Counted from the stretch's first letter, positions 28,926-41,332 are shown. The stretch: 64,000 nucleotides of DNA from Nitrosopumilus sp. (GCA_965203315.1 OZ241857.1:704001-768000), one strand, 5' to 3'. The notes: generated by a model not told the origin, from the sequence alone. A program made the numbers and translations.

Positions 28926-29771
28926 TACTAGGGATTGTTTACGCTTGATCTTTTTCCTGTATACGATAATAGCGCCTATTGGTAGTCCCGCATACATGCC
29001 AATGTTTGTTAGAATCGTCAACATACCTAATGCAACCAACTCTAGTTCTGTATCTGCATGCTCTAGTACGTGTAATGAGAAGATCATTGGCGTTATTACC
29101 AGTTTTGTTATCTCACGAAATGTAGGATATTGGCGCTCCCAATCGGCAACTGTTGGAGAGAATGCATAATATACATGATTAAAGGCAGACATGAATATTG
29201 CACCAGATACAGTACTCTGTACATTCTTGTCTCTGATCTCACGCAAGAGTTGAATTTCTGGTCCGAGTTCTGTACCATATGCAGCTGTGGCAACAAGACA
29301 ACCACCGCCGGTACTAGATTGTTGCGTGTTTGATTCGCCATAGACAACCAACTGATTATCTCCAGTACCGGTAAAGTTTAAGAGAATAAAGTAAATGTCA
29401 TCGTTTGAGTTTATAGTTGGAGTATAAGACTGACCATTTAACTCGAAGGTTATTTCACCATCAAGTACTTTGATGGGTAGAACAACTTCGCCCACATTAT
29501 TGTCCAGACTGCTATCGATATACAAAGTCAGCATCTGTTGCTCTTGATCGTATTGTACATCAGGTACGTCAAAGTTTGCAACAATGCTTACCTCAAATGT
29601 ACTATTATCTCGCATCACATCAAATCGATTAACCAATCCAGTAGCATCAGAGAGTGGTTGAGCATCTGCATCCAACATATGTACAGGCAATATGATGGTG
29701 ACGATCGAGATTGCAAACATTGTCACTAGTATAGTCATGGCGTCAGATATCGTGGATGACAATTTAGGCAA
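28806..29771 (-). CDS. Exported protein with CFI-box-CTERM sorting domain
   Basis: Signal-like N-terminus, GGGCLVATAAYGTEL..LREIRD..FNHVYYAFSP, C-terminal TM and basic tail; last ~39 codons are MITE-derived. Confidence 0.85.
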   Translation of the reverse strand: MPKLSSTISDAMTILVTMFAISIVTIILPVHMLDADAQPLSDATGLVNRFDVMRDNSTFEVSIVANFDVPDVQYDQEQQMLTLYIDSSLDNNVGEVVLPIKVLDGEITFELNGQSYTPTINSNDDIYFILLNFTGTGDNQLVVYGESNTQQSSTGGGCLVATAAYGTELGPEIQLLREIRDKNVQSTVSGAIFMSAFNHVYYAFSPTVADWERQYPTFREITKLVITPMIFSLHVLEHADTELELVALGMLTILTNIGMYAGLPIGAIIVYRKKIKRKQSLVGSFNLSGGSKLTNLTLNFRNNESCIKIYTKVQKYFPNKL

Positions 29772-30219
29772 CTTGAGGTATTCGTTTCTTTAACTCTTTG
29801 TCATTAAATATTCGTGGATGTGATGGATCAGCTAGAATCACCTCAAACCAATAGTGTTTGCCATCTTTGTAGATAAAGTATGAACCGAGTAGTCTCATGT
29901 TGGGATATCTCTCTAGTACTCGTCTCTCGGCAACGATCTTCATGTTATCGTCGGCTTTGATTCTGACTACACCTAGATGTTTAGGTCTTCGTCCACCACG
30001 AGGTCGCTGTTTCCTCATACCGCCTGTACCTACCCTCATACGAATAACGACTATGCCTTGTTTTGCTTTGTAGCCCAATCTCCTTGCTCGTTGAATTCTA
30101 CTGGGTCGTTCGATTCGTGTTATTGCATTCTGTTTACGCCACATTATTGCACGTTCACGTAGTTCAGGGGCGTTCTCCTTCCAGAGTCGTATCCATGCTA
30201 GGTCTTGACTACTAGGCAT
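29764..30219 (-). CDS. rpl15e: 50S ribosomal protein L15e
   Basis: RARRLGYKAKQG, RRPKHLG, YWFEVILADPSHP. Confidence 0.96.
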   Translation of the reverse strand: MPSSQDLAWIRLWKENAPELRERAIMWRKQNAITRIERPSRIQRARRLGYKAKQGIVVIRMRVGTGGMRKQRPRGGRRPKHLGVVRIKADDNMKIVAERRVLERYPNMRLLGSYFIYKDGKHYWFEVILADPSHPRIFNDKELKKRIPQVA

Positions 30220-30590
30220 ATGAGACGTGATAAAAAACCCTTTAATAATTTAAATGCTCATCAGCCATACACCTGGGAGAGTAGCGATCACGACATCAAA
30301 GCATGACATATATGATAACTGCCCGAATATTGTAGCGATCCAGTCATCTTGATCTAGATAAGGTCGAGTTGGATCATACGTTGTGAGTGTTTTGTACAAA
30401 CCCCATATTCTTTGGTCTAAGCGACAAGATCTAGTATATCATAGTTGTAATAGCAACTCGCATAGCAGAGGTTCATCAAGAGATATTGTTGCAGGTGTGA
30501 CATTGTAAATAATCATTCACAAGATGCGATCGCTAGTCGGCATGGTACAATTTGAGATTTTTATAAAGTGTATGACAACATTTAGAAGAG

Positions 30591-31241
30591 TTGACGACCA
30601 GATATCTTGTAACGGGTCTTGTAATTGGTCTTGTTATAGTCTCGATGGCATCATTAGGGTATGCTGAATCCTCAATATCGATCATATTGAAAGAGTCTGA
30701 ATATACTTACTGTCAAGTGTTGTTTTATACTATAGTTGTTGACAAAGTTGCCGTACCTAACGAATCAGCAGTAATTCACATCATAGATACAAACTCGACT
30801 TCTAGCAGCGCGATTCCAATACTGATCACAGATACGACCACACATGTACCGGCTCGTGTTCCATTCGAGAATCCACCGTTTGCTCCTGGCAAGTACACTA
30901 TTACAGCAGAATACGTGAATGGTAAAACTAGTGCCGAGTTTGAATTGGTTGAGTCAGATGTACAATGCATCTCGAGTAATATTCGGCCCATACTTGGTGC
31001 TTGGGTCGCAGGTGAATTTAGTGATGGATTTGTCATCGATGCGTTACAAAAATATACAAGCGACACAATGATCGATATACCATTTACTATAAACAACGAC
31101 AACTTTTACAATATCTACATTCCAGATTGGGTACGAACGCCAACATATTGGTGGTTGAATGGAGTGATAAGCGACGAACAATTAATTGCCATATTACAGT
31201 ACCTACTAGATGAGTCGGTCATAACCATCAAGGAGACATAG
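30591..31241 (+). CDS. Secreted protein with thaumarchaeal IPxW..WW C-terminal domain
   Basis: Signal peptide; IPDWVRTPTYWWLNGVISDEQLIAILQYL. Confidence 0.75.
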   Translation: MTTRYLVTGLVIGLVIVSMASLGYAESSISIILKESEYTYCQVLFYTIVVDKVAVPNESAVIHIIDTNSTSSSAIPILITDTTTHVPARVPFENPPFAPGKYTITAEYVNGKTSAEFELVESDVQCISSNIRPILGAWVAGEFSDGFVIDALQKYTSDTMIDIPFTINNDNFYNIYIPDWVRTPTYWWLNGVISDEQLIAILQYLLDESVITIKET

Positions 31242-31242
31242 G

Positions 31243-31758
31243 ATGAATCGGTACACAATAATTAGCATAATTGCAATAACAGGCATTGTTGTACCGTGCT
31301 TGTATGGAATAGTGAACGTGTATGCTGCTCAGAATATAGAATATCGATGGTATGGGCAATCAGACTTTTCGCTCTTTGAGCTTACTGACAATGGCAGTAT
31401 AGAATTTTGTAATACAGTACCATTCTGGAGCAACTTTGAACGAATAGAGATGACTGTGCTTCGCAATGATGTTGCCATCGGCACGTTTGCGACAGAATCT
31501 GTTGTGTTGGATCCAAACTCATCCGATGTTGTACATGTCACATTTACATCATCGAGCTTTGCAATGTCACTAAATGAGCTCATGACGATCGACTTTGTTT
31601 TAGATGGTGGGAGTTTTAGAGTAGATCCTAACGAGTTCACAGTAATTCTAGAGATAGACACCACAATAATTGGGGTAATACCTTACTCTACCGTTACTCA
31701 ATTAGATATGATCGAATTTGATCAGATGATGAATACAGAGAATCTATCTTGTGACTAA
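31243..31758 (+). CDS. Hypothetical membrane-anchored protein
   Basis: 171 aa, N-terminal hydrophobic helix, coupled to upstream gene. Confidence 0.7.
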   Translation: MNRYTIISIIAITGIVVPCLYGIVNVYAAQNIEYRWYGQSDFSLFELTDNGSIEFCNTVPFWSNFERIEMTVLRNDVAIGTFATESVVLDPNSSDVVHVTFTSSSFAMSLNELMTIDFVLDGGSFRVDPNEFTVILEIDTTIIGVIPYSTVTQLDMIEFDQMMNTENLSCD

Positions 31759-32642
31759 CGTCGCTTACTAGCTTTTGCAATTAATGCCAGAGCAACGGCA
31801 ATCCCGCCAGCAACTATAAAGGCAATCACTGTACTCGTAAACACATTCATTCTTTCCATAGCTGTCTGTTTAGGCGGTTCTAGAACGCAAGTGTCACCTT
31901 CAAGTATAGTTCCTGGGCCACAATTATCAACGGATGATGTATCTGGTGGAATTGGAGTCTCTTTTGCAATAACTGGATCAAGTGGTGTGTCGGGTATTGT
32001 CGGTTCAGCAGAGTCGAGTGGTGTGTCGGGTATTGGTTCTGTTGGTTCTAGTGGTTCTGCAATAACTGGATCAAGTGGTGTGTCGGGTATTGGTTCTGTT
32101 GGTTCTAGTGGTTCTGCAATAACTGGATCAAGTGGTGTGTCGGGTATTGTTGGTTCAGCAGAGTCGAGTGGTGTGTCGGGTATCGGTTCTGTTGGTTCTA
32201 GAATATCTTTAGCGAGTACAGTTCCAATGATCTCGATCGTCCGCGAACCGGTCGGAACCTCAACAGATAGTACACGCAGCTGATCTGTGGTTGTCTCTTC
32301 GGTTACTGTTGATGGAAGATCGTCAATAGCAACATAATATTGATGATCTTCTCCATCCATTATAGAGTCAAGAAATAATCGCTCAAGTGTAACATCTAGT
32401 ACCCCTCCATCTCCAAAAGTCGTTACGTCAAAGATTAGTGAGGAATATAGGGAATCAACCACAGCGTCATCAATAGTCATATTTACAGCAGCATATGTGA
32501 TATTGTAAGACCGATCACCAATATCGATGGATAGTGTCTCGGCCCATGTAGATTCCGGCGCCAACACAATCAAGACCGTCCCAAAGATTACCCCTGCAAG
32601 AAATCGCTTGCAAGGCAAAGACAGATTTACATGATCTGACAT
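31755..32642 (-). CDS. Exported membrane-anchored protein with Pro-rich repeat stalk
   Basis: Signal peptide, beta domain ending IEIIGT, repeated EP(TEP/T)IPDTPLD units, CGPGT..C motif, C-terminal TM. Confidence 0.8.
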   Translation of the reverse strand: MSDHVNLSLPCKRFLAGVIFGTVLIVLAPESTWAETLSIDIGDRSYNITYAAVNMTIDDAVVDSLYSSLIFDVTTFGDGGVLDVTLERLFLDSIMDGEDHQYYVAIDDLPSTVTEETTTDQLRVLSVEVPTGSRTIEIIGTVLAKDILEPTEPIPDTPLDSAEPTIPDTPLDPVIAEPLEPTEPIPDTPLDPVIAEPLEPTEPIPDTPLDSAEPTIPDTPLDPVIAKETPIPPDTSSVDNCGPGTILEGDTCVLEPPKQTAMERMNVFTSTVIAFIVAGGIAVALALIAKASKRR

Positions 32643-32697
32643 ATCTATCTATTCAATAGCAGGTTTAAAAATGCTAAGTACGTCTAGCGTGCATATT

Positions 32698-33630
32698 CTA
32701 TATGACTCCTCGAAGTATCTGAACTATCTTTTCTGCAATAACATTAGCGGCTAACGATTGCGCTTCTTTGGTCTGTGCTCCAATATGAGGAGTCAGTATA
32801 ACATTGTCGAGTTTTGCCAATCTGTTCTCTAGTGCCGGTTCTTTTTCAAATACATCTAGTGCAGCTCCGCCGAGTCGACCTTGCTCTAGTGCTAGATATA
32901 GAGCATCTTCATCGATTACTCCGCCTCTTGAAGTATTGATGATCTTGGCACTACTCTTCATCAACGACAACTTTGTAGAATCGATCATATGATATGTAGA
33001 TTCCAATAGAGGAACATGAATGGATACATAGTCTGCACTTTGCAATAACGTGTTTAGATCTGCCTTCATCAAACCAACCTCACGTGAAAACTCTTCATCA
33101 ATCGGAATTACGTCATAACCAATGATATTCATGTTTAGTGCCCTAGCCAACCTACCCAGCCGCTTTCCAATATTTCCCAATCCAACTATACCTAGATACT
33201 TGCCTTTAAGCTCAGTTCCCTTTAGTTCCTTCTTGAGCCATTTACCATCGCGTATAGCACGATCGCCGTATGCTGTCTGCCGTGCAAGAGACAGCATCAA
33301 TCCCAAGACTAGTTCAGCTACTGCATTCATTGCTCCCTCTACTGCATTAATTACTCGAATATTCTTTGATTTAGCAGCATCTTGATCAATATTGTCTAAG
33401 CCAACTCCAACCCGCGCTATGATCTTGCACTTTTCTGCGTTGCTGATCATATCTTTTGTGATCTTTGTTCTACTCCGTACAATCACAATCTCAAAGTTTG
33501 CAATCGTTGCTAGGATCTCATCAGGCGTAATCTCTGGCTTGTATGTAACATGAAGACCGTTATCTGTTAAAATCTTATTCAGTATTGGATCTACTTCATC
33601 ACATATCAACACAGATTGATCGAATGTCAT
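32698..33630 (-). CDS. serA: D-3-phosphoglycerate dehydrogenase / D-2-hydroxyacid dehydrogenase
   Basis: RVGVGLDNID, GLGNIG, INTSRG, LDVFEKEP, TPHIGAQT. Confidence 0.85.
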   Translation of the reverse strand: MTFDQSVLICDEVDPILNKILTDNGLHVTYKPEITPDEILATIANFEIVIVRSRTKITKDMISNAEKCKIIARVGVGLDNIDQDAAKSKNIRVINAVEGAMNAVAELVLGLMLSLARQTAYGDRAIRDGKWLKKELKGTELKGKYLGIVGLGNIGKRLGRLARALNMNIIGYDVIPIDEEFSREVGLMKADLNTLLQSADYVSIHVPLLESTYHMIDSTKLSLMKSSAKIINTSRGGVIDEDALYLALEQGRLGGAALDVFEKEPALENRLAKLDNVILTPHIGAQTKEAQSLAANVIAEKIVQILRGVI

Positions 33631-33727
33631 ACTCTCACGCAGTCTAGGAAATATATAATCTCTACAAACGGACTAGATTCTTCAAGAGATAGTAAATTTG
33701 TAGATTTGTCGAGAAAAATTTAGGCGA

Positions 33728-36700
33728 CTAGTTTTGGAGATCCTCTGTGGTGGTGCCAAAAATGGCGAGTGTCTTGGACACTATAACGATATCATCACCA
33801 TTCTTACCATAACATGCTTCAGTATCATCAACTAGTTTACTAGATATGTTATCAAAGTTGCTGTCATCGCATTTAGGTATCTCAACTATTTTATTTCCAG
33901 CATAGTAGAACGGAGTTTGATCAGATGTACTAGTGAATTGTACATAGATTTCTTTGCTTAGTGATATCTTGTCATCAAATGTGATATCAGGCGCATCATC
34001 ACATCTGTTAGGATCTATAGATTGTCTAAATTGGAGTTGGAGTGCATTTGTGTGTTGAATAGGTATACTTGTATCTTGACCAACTATTAGATCGCCAACA
34101 TAACAGTAAGGCATATTTGATACTGTGAATGTTTTATTTACTATCCAAGTATCACGGTACAATGTGAGGTAGGCTTTGTTGTCGATATAATATGTCGTGC
34201 CAACATCACTTGCGTATGTATCTATCCGTATCTTGTTGTTACTAGGAGTGTATAGATCTATTGTTCTACCTACATTATCAAACAGCATTGAATCAGGGAC
34301 CGTTATTTCTAATGTAGATTTTTGCAATTCTGATTTCTTGTTTCTTAATTGCTCAACAGTCTTCTTGACTTCAGATAGTTCGTGTTTCAATCTCTCTATT
34401 TCATGTATGTGTATAGTTTGATTTGTATTCAAAGATTCTATTAGACTCTGCGCTGCTGATAGTTCAGTTGGAGTGTTTTTGCATGACTCTGCTAATTGAA
34501 TCAGATGTTCTTTAGTCTTGTTATCTGTATTAAAGGCTATTCTTAGTTCTTCTTTGAACTCTTGTAATCTCTCTTTCCATTGGTCTTTCTTGTTTTTTAA
34601 TTTGTCTTTTTTGTCTTCTAGTTGGTTTATAGTTTGAGATTTTTCATTTATTTTTTCTTGCAAATTAGTAAGAATAGAAGCAGATGATCCGATTATGGTG
34701 GTTGCGGTGATATCTTCAGAGTCGCCTTTATTGTACGGAGCAGGTAGAGTGTTGTCGCTGTACTTTGCAGTGACTGTGTCGCCCTCTTCGACGTATAGTC
34801 TGTGACCACCAGAGCTGGCCTCGGGTACAAAGAATACTGTACCTTCAAAGATACCACTTGCTGGATGTGTCTCGGTTACTGTGAGTGTTATTCCACTGGG
34901 TGCACTAGAAGACCATACTTTGACCTCAAAGTTGTCTGTAGACTTGGGATTCAAGTTCATGTCTGGATCTATGACACGTAGAACACCTGTAGATGTAGCA
35001 GGATAAATTGCTTCTAGCCACTGAACCTCACCAATGTTCCAACGGATTAGAGCAGACTTGCGAACAGTCTCGTCGTCAGAGAACTCGAATGATACCTCGA
35101 GTCCATCGTCGTTGTCTGCGGGCAATAGTCCATTGGTTGGTCCTTTACATGTATCACATGTACGACCTGTGACGTCTTTACCATTATAGCCTGTAGAGTT
35201 ATCATCATCTACGTCATATGAGAATCCTGTCAGTATTACTTCACCTGTAAAGATACCAGTGTTTGTACCTGTCTCTACGAGTTTGTAGTTTTTAATGTCG
35301 TCGGATCTTGTTGCGACACGTATTGGATATGGATCCGCACCAATCTCGTCTACTTGGTTTGTGTTGAGGTTGTGATCAGGAGCTGTTATGGTGATGAATA
35401 CCTTGTCAGTCCAAGTGTATACATTTTGATCTAGTTCTATTGTAGCACCAAAGTTTGACGTGAATACCGTTCTGTCGATATCTTTTGTATTGTCACCAAC
35501 ATAGTCTGCACCTGATGGTCCATAGTCGGTGTACTCTAGCTTGATCTCTTCACCACGTTCCAGTCTGTCTGCACCTATAGCACTAGGAACAGATATGATC
35601 ACTTGGAATATGCCTGTGCTAGGACCAGTCTCTCTTAGTGAACCTGGTTCTGCATCGAATATACTGTCACTCAGATTCACTACACCTGCGTCCGAGTCCC
35701 ACTCGATCAGATCGAGTGTATATGTCTCTCGGGTACCGCTATCCAGATCAAGGTCTGGATCGGATAGCGTTACGATCATATCAGAACCCATAACGTATAC
35801 AGACTTGTCTGTATCTAGAGTACCATTTCGTAGATCAAATGTAGCAGAGTCTGTGACTGTACGTGGGTTGCCAGAAGCATCTGTTGTGTCGTTGTACTGT
35901 ACGGTAATGATATCACCATGCAAGATACAAGTACCATTACCTGGACAGTCGGTACTGCCAGGTCCATCTGTGTATCTTAGATCAAAGCTCACCTCAAAGA
36001 CTCCTGATTCAGGAGATGTCTCTGTTAGAGCACCTAGTTGTTCAGAGGTTGGGCATTGAGCATTTTTAGAGTTCTCAAAAAATATCTTTGCAGATGTGTA
36101 ATCTGTTTGCTTATCAACGTTTGACTTGTCTGCATCATATGCTTTCTTTGCATCATCATAAGCTCGTTTTAATGTACTGTTCTCGCCACTCGGGACCGAA
36201 TACATGCCACCTGCATGAAGTATTTCACAACTGGTACCGTTGCGAGAGATAGTGATCGTGACCGGGCCGTTGTTGGCTTCATTTTCGATCTCATCCTGAC
36301 CTACTGGATTCAAGTTGTAGTCAGGGTCGTTTACTTGAACGTAGACTTTGACTGTGCCAGCTGGAAGAGTATTGTTAGATTTGTCTAGTACTCTTGAAGA
36401 ATTGTCAGAGGCGTCAGCACCAAACGGAACCGGATATACTGTACGATCTAAGATTACAGAACCCGTATTTGTTCCAATTACTGCAGAGTCATCAGTAGTG
36501 ACTATCTGACTAGATGCATCTCTAAAGTCCAGATATGTTACGCCAATGTCCTTGCCACCTACACTTTCTACTCTCGTTATGTTACCATCTTGGACACATA
36601 GTTCTTTTGGTATAGCAAATGAACCGGCAAAGACTCCTGTGCTGGATCCTGTCTCTTGTAGAGTGAATCCTGTTGCACCGAGTCCGTTCTGAATGTTATC

Positions 36701-39089
36701 AGCTAGGCCACATGTACCTGATTGCCATCTCTTACCATCAAAGGTTACCTCGAGTAGCATTCCTAGTGATTTGCCACCAAGTAGTAGAGACTCGTACATT
36801 GAATCTACATCCTTACCAACTTGATCTCTATCTGCATCATTATGAGTACTGTCCATTACGACAGTATAGGTATCAGCACGATCAGGATCTGTATTCAAGT
36901 CTGCGTCTTCTAGTGTGATTACGACATGACTACCTACACCGTATGTCTCTGCGTTCATAGATACCACACCACTAGAGGTTGCGATATCTTGTTGATCAGA
37001 GACCACAGCTGTATTGCCATTTGCGTTAGTATCTACATAGTTTACTCGTGCGTCAGAGCCCATGATGTCTTCAAAGGCGATGAATTTGACTTCGTTGCCT
37101 ATTGGTGTGATACTAGTGTATGTGTCAGAATCGTCAACGTTGAGTTGATTGATCATTATGTACTCGAGTGTTCCTGTAAAGGTACTGGTGTTGTCACCTG
37201 TCTCTTCTACCTCTACTCGTACTATCTGATTGTAGATACGCTCAGAGGCTTGTCTGCCATCATCATAGAATCCATACGAGAAGAAATCTACGATTATGGG
37301 ATATTCTTTGCCTTCAGTGATAGTAAATGATGGTGTTGTGTGGCCATTTCCGTCTTTGATTATTATTCCCAGTGTGACTTGAGCGCTAGTACCGACCTTT
37401 AATAGGAATTCAGAACTAGATAGTGAATATGACAGAGTCTCGTTGTTTCTATCTTTGACCATAAAGCCGGTTATGTCTCTAAGGCCAGAACGAGTATCGT
37501 ATGTGGAGAGTCTACTGTCGCTATTGTCTAGCAATGTTTCAAAGTAAACAACATCTCCTGCACTGTTGTGTATGTTTAGATCAACACGCATGTTGTTTGT
37601 ATCAAAGACGTTAAAGTCATAGTTGAATAGATTTCGTCCTGTAAAGTTGCCTTTATTTGAACGGTCATCGTTGATCGATTCGTGTAGATCTTCTACCGTA
37701 CCTAGTGGAATAGCAATCATCCCTCCAATAAAGGCGCCGGATGCTACTCCAGCAAGTCGAAGTTCTTCTGTATCGAGAATATTATTTGTACCGTTCCATG
37801 ACAGTATGCCTCTATGACTATCATCGACTCTAAAATCTAAGTCACGTATGTATGTCCTATCATTTGGATCTATTGGATATTTCTGCCAAGTGGAACCTGG
37901 CTGCGTATAAGCATGTGCAGAATTGTCTTTACTGTCCATCAGTGTACGTGGATCACCTGTCATAAATGTTGGAATTCTTGCATCTGGATTAGATACTGTT
38001 TGATCGTCCTCTGCATCACTGTCTTTGTTTTGATCTGCATCGACTATGGTTAGGTCGATCTTTTCACCAGAGTTCCATATACCGTCTGCGATATCTAGGT
38101 TTACTGTGGCAGTGGTTAGTCGTACGTTTACGGCTACACTCTCATCACTATATGTGATCTGTGTGTTTGTACCTCGTGGTGCGTTTGACGTTGTCATTAT
38201 TTTGTTACTGTCATCATGTAGCTCAAAGACACCAGTGTTTGGTCCTGTCTCTTCAAGAGTAATGGTAGTGACAGCATCTAGTACTGTACTACTCTCGATC
38301 ACTAGCAAGCAATTATCGTCACAACCCAGATTAGTTGATGTAGCAGTAAATGTTTCAGTGCCATTACCTTTGTAGGTAATTGTCTGGGCGCTATCTACTT
38401 TAAATTCCCAAACATCTTTATCGGTTGGATCGATGTTTAGTACATGATCTGTTACAGTTAGATAGACACTTGTGCTTTGTGGATAAAAGTTACGATCAAG
38501 TTCGATTCCATTGTTTGTAGATGTGTCATATGTCACGGTTACTGTTTGATGATTTCCAGCCTTGTGATAAACAACATCAACTTCGTCTCCATCATCAAGT
38601 TCAAGATACTTTACATATTTGACATCGTCAGTATTAACAACGCTTATCTTACCACTGTTATCTCTTTTATTTGGTATTTCACTCAGAAATCTATCTCTGT
38701 GTATTTGTTCATCACTATTAAAATCACCGGTAGTAATAGCACCACCATAATCGCCGTCATTATTACCATCTCTTCCGATATCCGCAAAGTAGCCATACCA
38801 AGAACCGTCTGCACCATGTTGCATTGTAAGTTTCTCGTCATTTACAGTAACTCTAGGCATAGCATCACCAGCATCAATTATTAGTGGATCATTTACAATG
38901 ACCTCCACATACTGTATACCACCAAAAGTGTTGTCGAATCTAGCTCCGTATCCATTTGGATCAGCAGCTGAGACGTATAGGTTTGGCGTCGATTGAGCAT
39001 ATACATTATCATATTCAGGCAGGATAGATCCTACAGCCCCCCCCCCCCACAATAATGAGCAACAGAGTTAGCGTAACTACAAAATTCAT
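33728..39089 (-). CDS. SlaA-like S-layer protein, frameshifted at a G12 tract in the signal peptide
   Basis: Repeated ETG.NTG.F and D.D.N.D motifs, NLYVSA start of mature region; ATG 39089 signal peptide is out of frame with ORF 33728-39052. Confidence 0.85.
39037..39048 (-). repeat. G12 homopolymer in S-layer signal peptide
   Basis: 12 C on plus strand; 11 or 14 would restore the frame. Confidence 0.9.
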
Positions 39090-39214
39090 TTATTAGTATG
39101 ATTAACTATTGGCGATTATAAACCTACAGATCCTAACATAAATTTCATCAATAAATTGAACAAATCGTATATCTTGAAATTATATCGTCATGTCATCTCT
39201 TATGTGCGATAGAA

Positions 39215-39388
39215 GGTTCTGTTCAATTGACGGGGGTTGAGATCGAGATGACGTTATTTCAAATAACGCACAATACTAGACTCAACAGCAGAATTTACGA
39301 TAGCTAGTATGAGACCGTTTCCATATTTTGCAAAACTTTTCAAAAATTTTGTGCAGAAAACGCCAACCACCATCAATTGAACAGAACC
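39215..39388 (-). mobile_element. MITE family A
   Basis: ggttctgttcaattga ... tcaattgaacagaacc. Confidence 0.92.
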
Positions 39389-39615
39389 CACATTACTACT
39401 ACAAGACAGAGTTGGCAAGTTACCTCAAGATGACTATTGATCTTTTGGAGTCATTAATCGGAGAGATTTCGCCAGAACCACCAGAACCGATCGCTCCGTG
39501 AACGAAGACTTCCCACTTACCTTTTTCCGCCAACACTTGCGATGTCTGTTGTAGAATGTCATCCCACGTAAACTGAAGAGAATCTTGTGTGAGGCACAAC
39601 ACCATACAATGTCAC

Positions 39616-41332
39616 GTAAGCGGTTAGCCTGACAACGATTCTTGCTGTGTGTTGAGCATTTAGGATATTGATGGATTATTTACATGACATACGAACTTAC
39701 TATCTAGTACGTCTCTTCAGCAGCCTTTGCCGTGAGAATCCTCAACAATTCGTCTCTAATGCTCAGCCCACGTTTGCGACATGTAAAGAAGAACGTAAAC
39801 AAGATAGACCATGCATCCATGCCGCGCTGCGATGTAAAGTGCAGCGAAATGTTGCGATGTATTGCAATTGGCCGCATGTACAGTTCTGTCTCGTTGTTCG
39901 TGGGATCCATTCCAGGATGGTTCACGAATGTAAAGAGATTGGGAGCAGCATTACGCAGCGTCGTCGCAAATTTCTTGTTGCCGAGCTTTTCGTGCTGATC
40001 TACAACATCTAATACCTGTGCTATTAAATCCGACACATCTCCCGGCGGTCGTCCCTTGGCTATGTGAAATATCTTTTGTAGTCTTTCGTGCAATATTGTA
40101 GTTTCATGGCAATATAGGGCAGTCTTCATTGCATGTTTTGAATCGATCAATATGTGTGACCAACATCTCTGTGTGTCATCATCCGTCTCGTAACCGCAAT
40201 ATCCATCAACAGTCTTGCATTTGTTTTTAAACGGTTTGAAATATTCATCTAAAACCCTCGATCCTCGTGTATCTGTTACACGAACGAGAACTGCATCATC
40301 TGTGACACATGTCCACACATATCCACGTTTGCCTGGTACTTTATGTGGCGTTTCGTCAAATTTGACATTTTCAGAACTTTCAGCTGCTTTCCAGATGCCT
40401 GAAACATCGTCTTCTATTGCGTTAACGAGTGCAAATGTAGCGTTGTTTATGGTTGCTTTAGATGGACGGTAATCAAAAAACTCTAATTGTTTTTGAATCA
40501 TTCCTTGTGACATATTGTTGAATAGTGAAATTCCATGATGGACTAGCATGTTTATGCTCATCTCTGTACCCTTGATCTTGGGAATCTTTTTACTAGTATC
40601 CCACTCGTATCCGCAACCATTACACGTATGTTTATATCCAACATGCGTATTTATCTCGGTTTTTGGCAGAGGTACATCACGAATCCTACACTGATATGAT
40701 TTGTTGTACGTGATATCTATGCCATGGCAGCCTGGACACGCTGAATCTATGTACGGGACAGTACCTGCTGATTTGTCCGTCTGCGATACTCCTACGTGAT
40801 TCTCTTTTTGGCCTACTTTATTGTAATCCTTTGGATCTATATACGCTGCTATTCTTTCTTGCATTGTAGGTATGCTGTTCTTGGATGATGGATTAAACGG
40901 ACTCTCATAGTATGGCATCTTTTGTTGTAACTCTTGGCTCTTTTTTGCGTGTGTACATGTCTCTGGTTTACATTGATCTGAATGACCGCCCAGTTGTTGC
41001 TCAAGTTTACGTTCTAGTTCTGCAGTTCGTAGTTCTCCTTGTAATATGACGCCCCTCTGCCATTCAATCATATCTAGTGTAATGCGAATTATCTCGTCTT
41101 TGTCATCGAGTTGTGTATGCAACATTGCGATCTCCTCTCGAAGTATCTTCATCTCTGATTGAGGCATGACATTCATAGTTATGTACTAGTATTTACACAG
41201 ATCAAAAAATAAAGTTGACACAATGGTAAGCCAAACTAAACACTAATTTTTTCTAATCATGCAGATCGACATGAATTGCATACGTTATCTTGCTCAAAAC
41301 ACCACGAGATCGTTGTCAGCCTAACCGCTTAC
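39616..41332 (-). mobile_element. IS66-family insertion sequence (single-ORF, ISBst12-like), 1717 bp
   Basis: 24-bp TIR GTAAGCGGTTAG(C/G)CTGACAACGAT with one mismatch; 8-bp target duplication AATGTCAC at 39608-39615 and 41333-41340. Confidence 0.95.
39704..41176 (-). CDS. IS66 transposase
   Basis: Coiled coil, zinc finger, FDET, VDGY, QRCWSH, PTNNETE motifs. Confidence 0.93.
   Translation of the reverse strand: MNVMPQSEMKILREEIAMLHTQLDDKDEIIRITLDMIEWQRGVILQGELRTAELERKLEQQLGGHSDQCKPETCTHAKKSQELQQKMPYYESPFNPSSKNSIPTMQERIAAYIDPKDYNKVGQKENHVGVSQTDKSAGTVPYIDSACPGCHGIDITYNKSYQCRIRDVPLPKTEINTHVGYKHTCNGCGYEWDTSKKIPKIKGTEMSINMLVHHGISLFNNMSQGMIQKQLEFFDYRPSKATINNATFALVNAIEDDVSGIWKAAESSENVKFDETPHKVPGKRGYVWTCVTDDAVLVRVTDTRGSRVLDEYFKPFKNKCKTVDGYCGYETDDDTQRCWSHILIDSKHAMKTALYCHETTILHERLQKIFHIAKGRPPGDVSDLIAQVLDVVDQHEKLGNKKFATTLRNAAPNLFTFVNHPGMDPTNNETELYMRPIAIHRNISLHFTSQRGMDAWSILFTFFFTCRKRGLSIRDELLRILTAKAAEETY

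Noticed and set aside
29764-30219. Short (151 aa) L15e as a truncation
   Set aside because: Core motifs are intact and only the basic tail is missing; probably a lineage trait
30240-30560. Possible ncRNA or pseudogene upstream of rpl15e
   Set aside because: No recognisable RNA motif, strong stems or protein similarity
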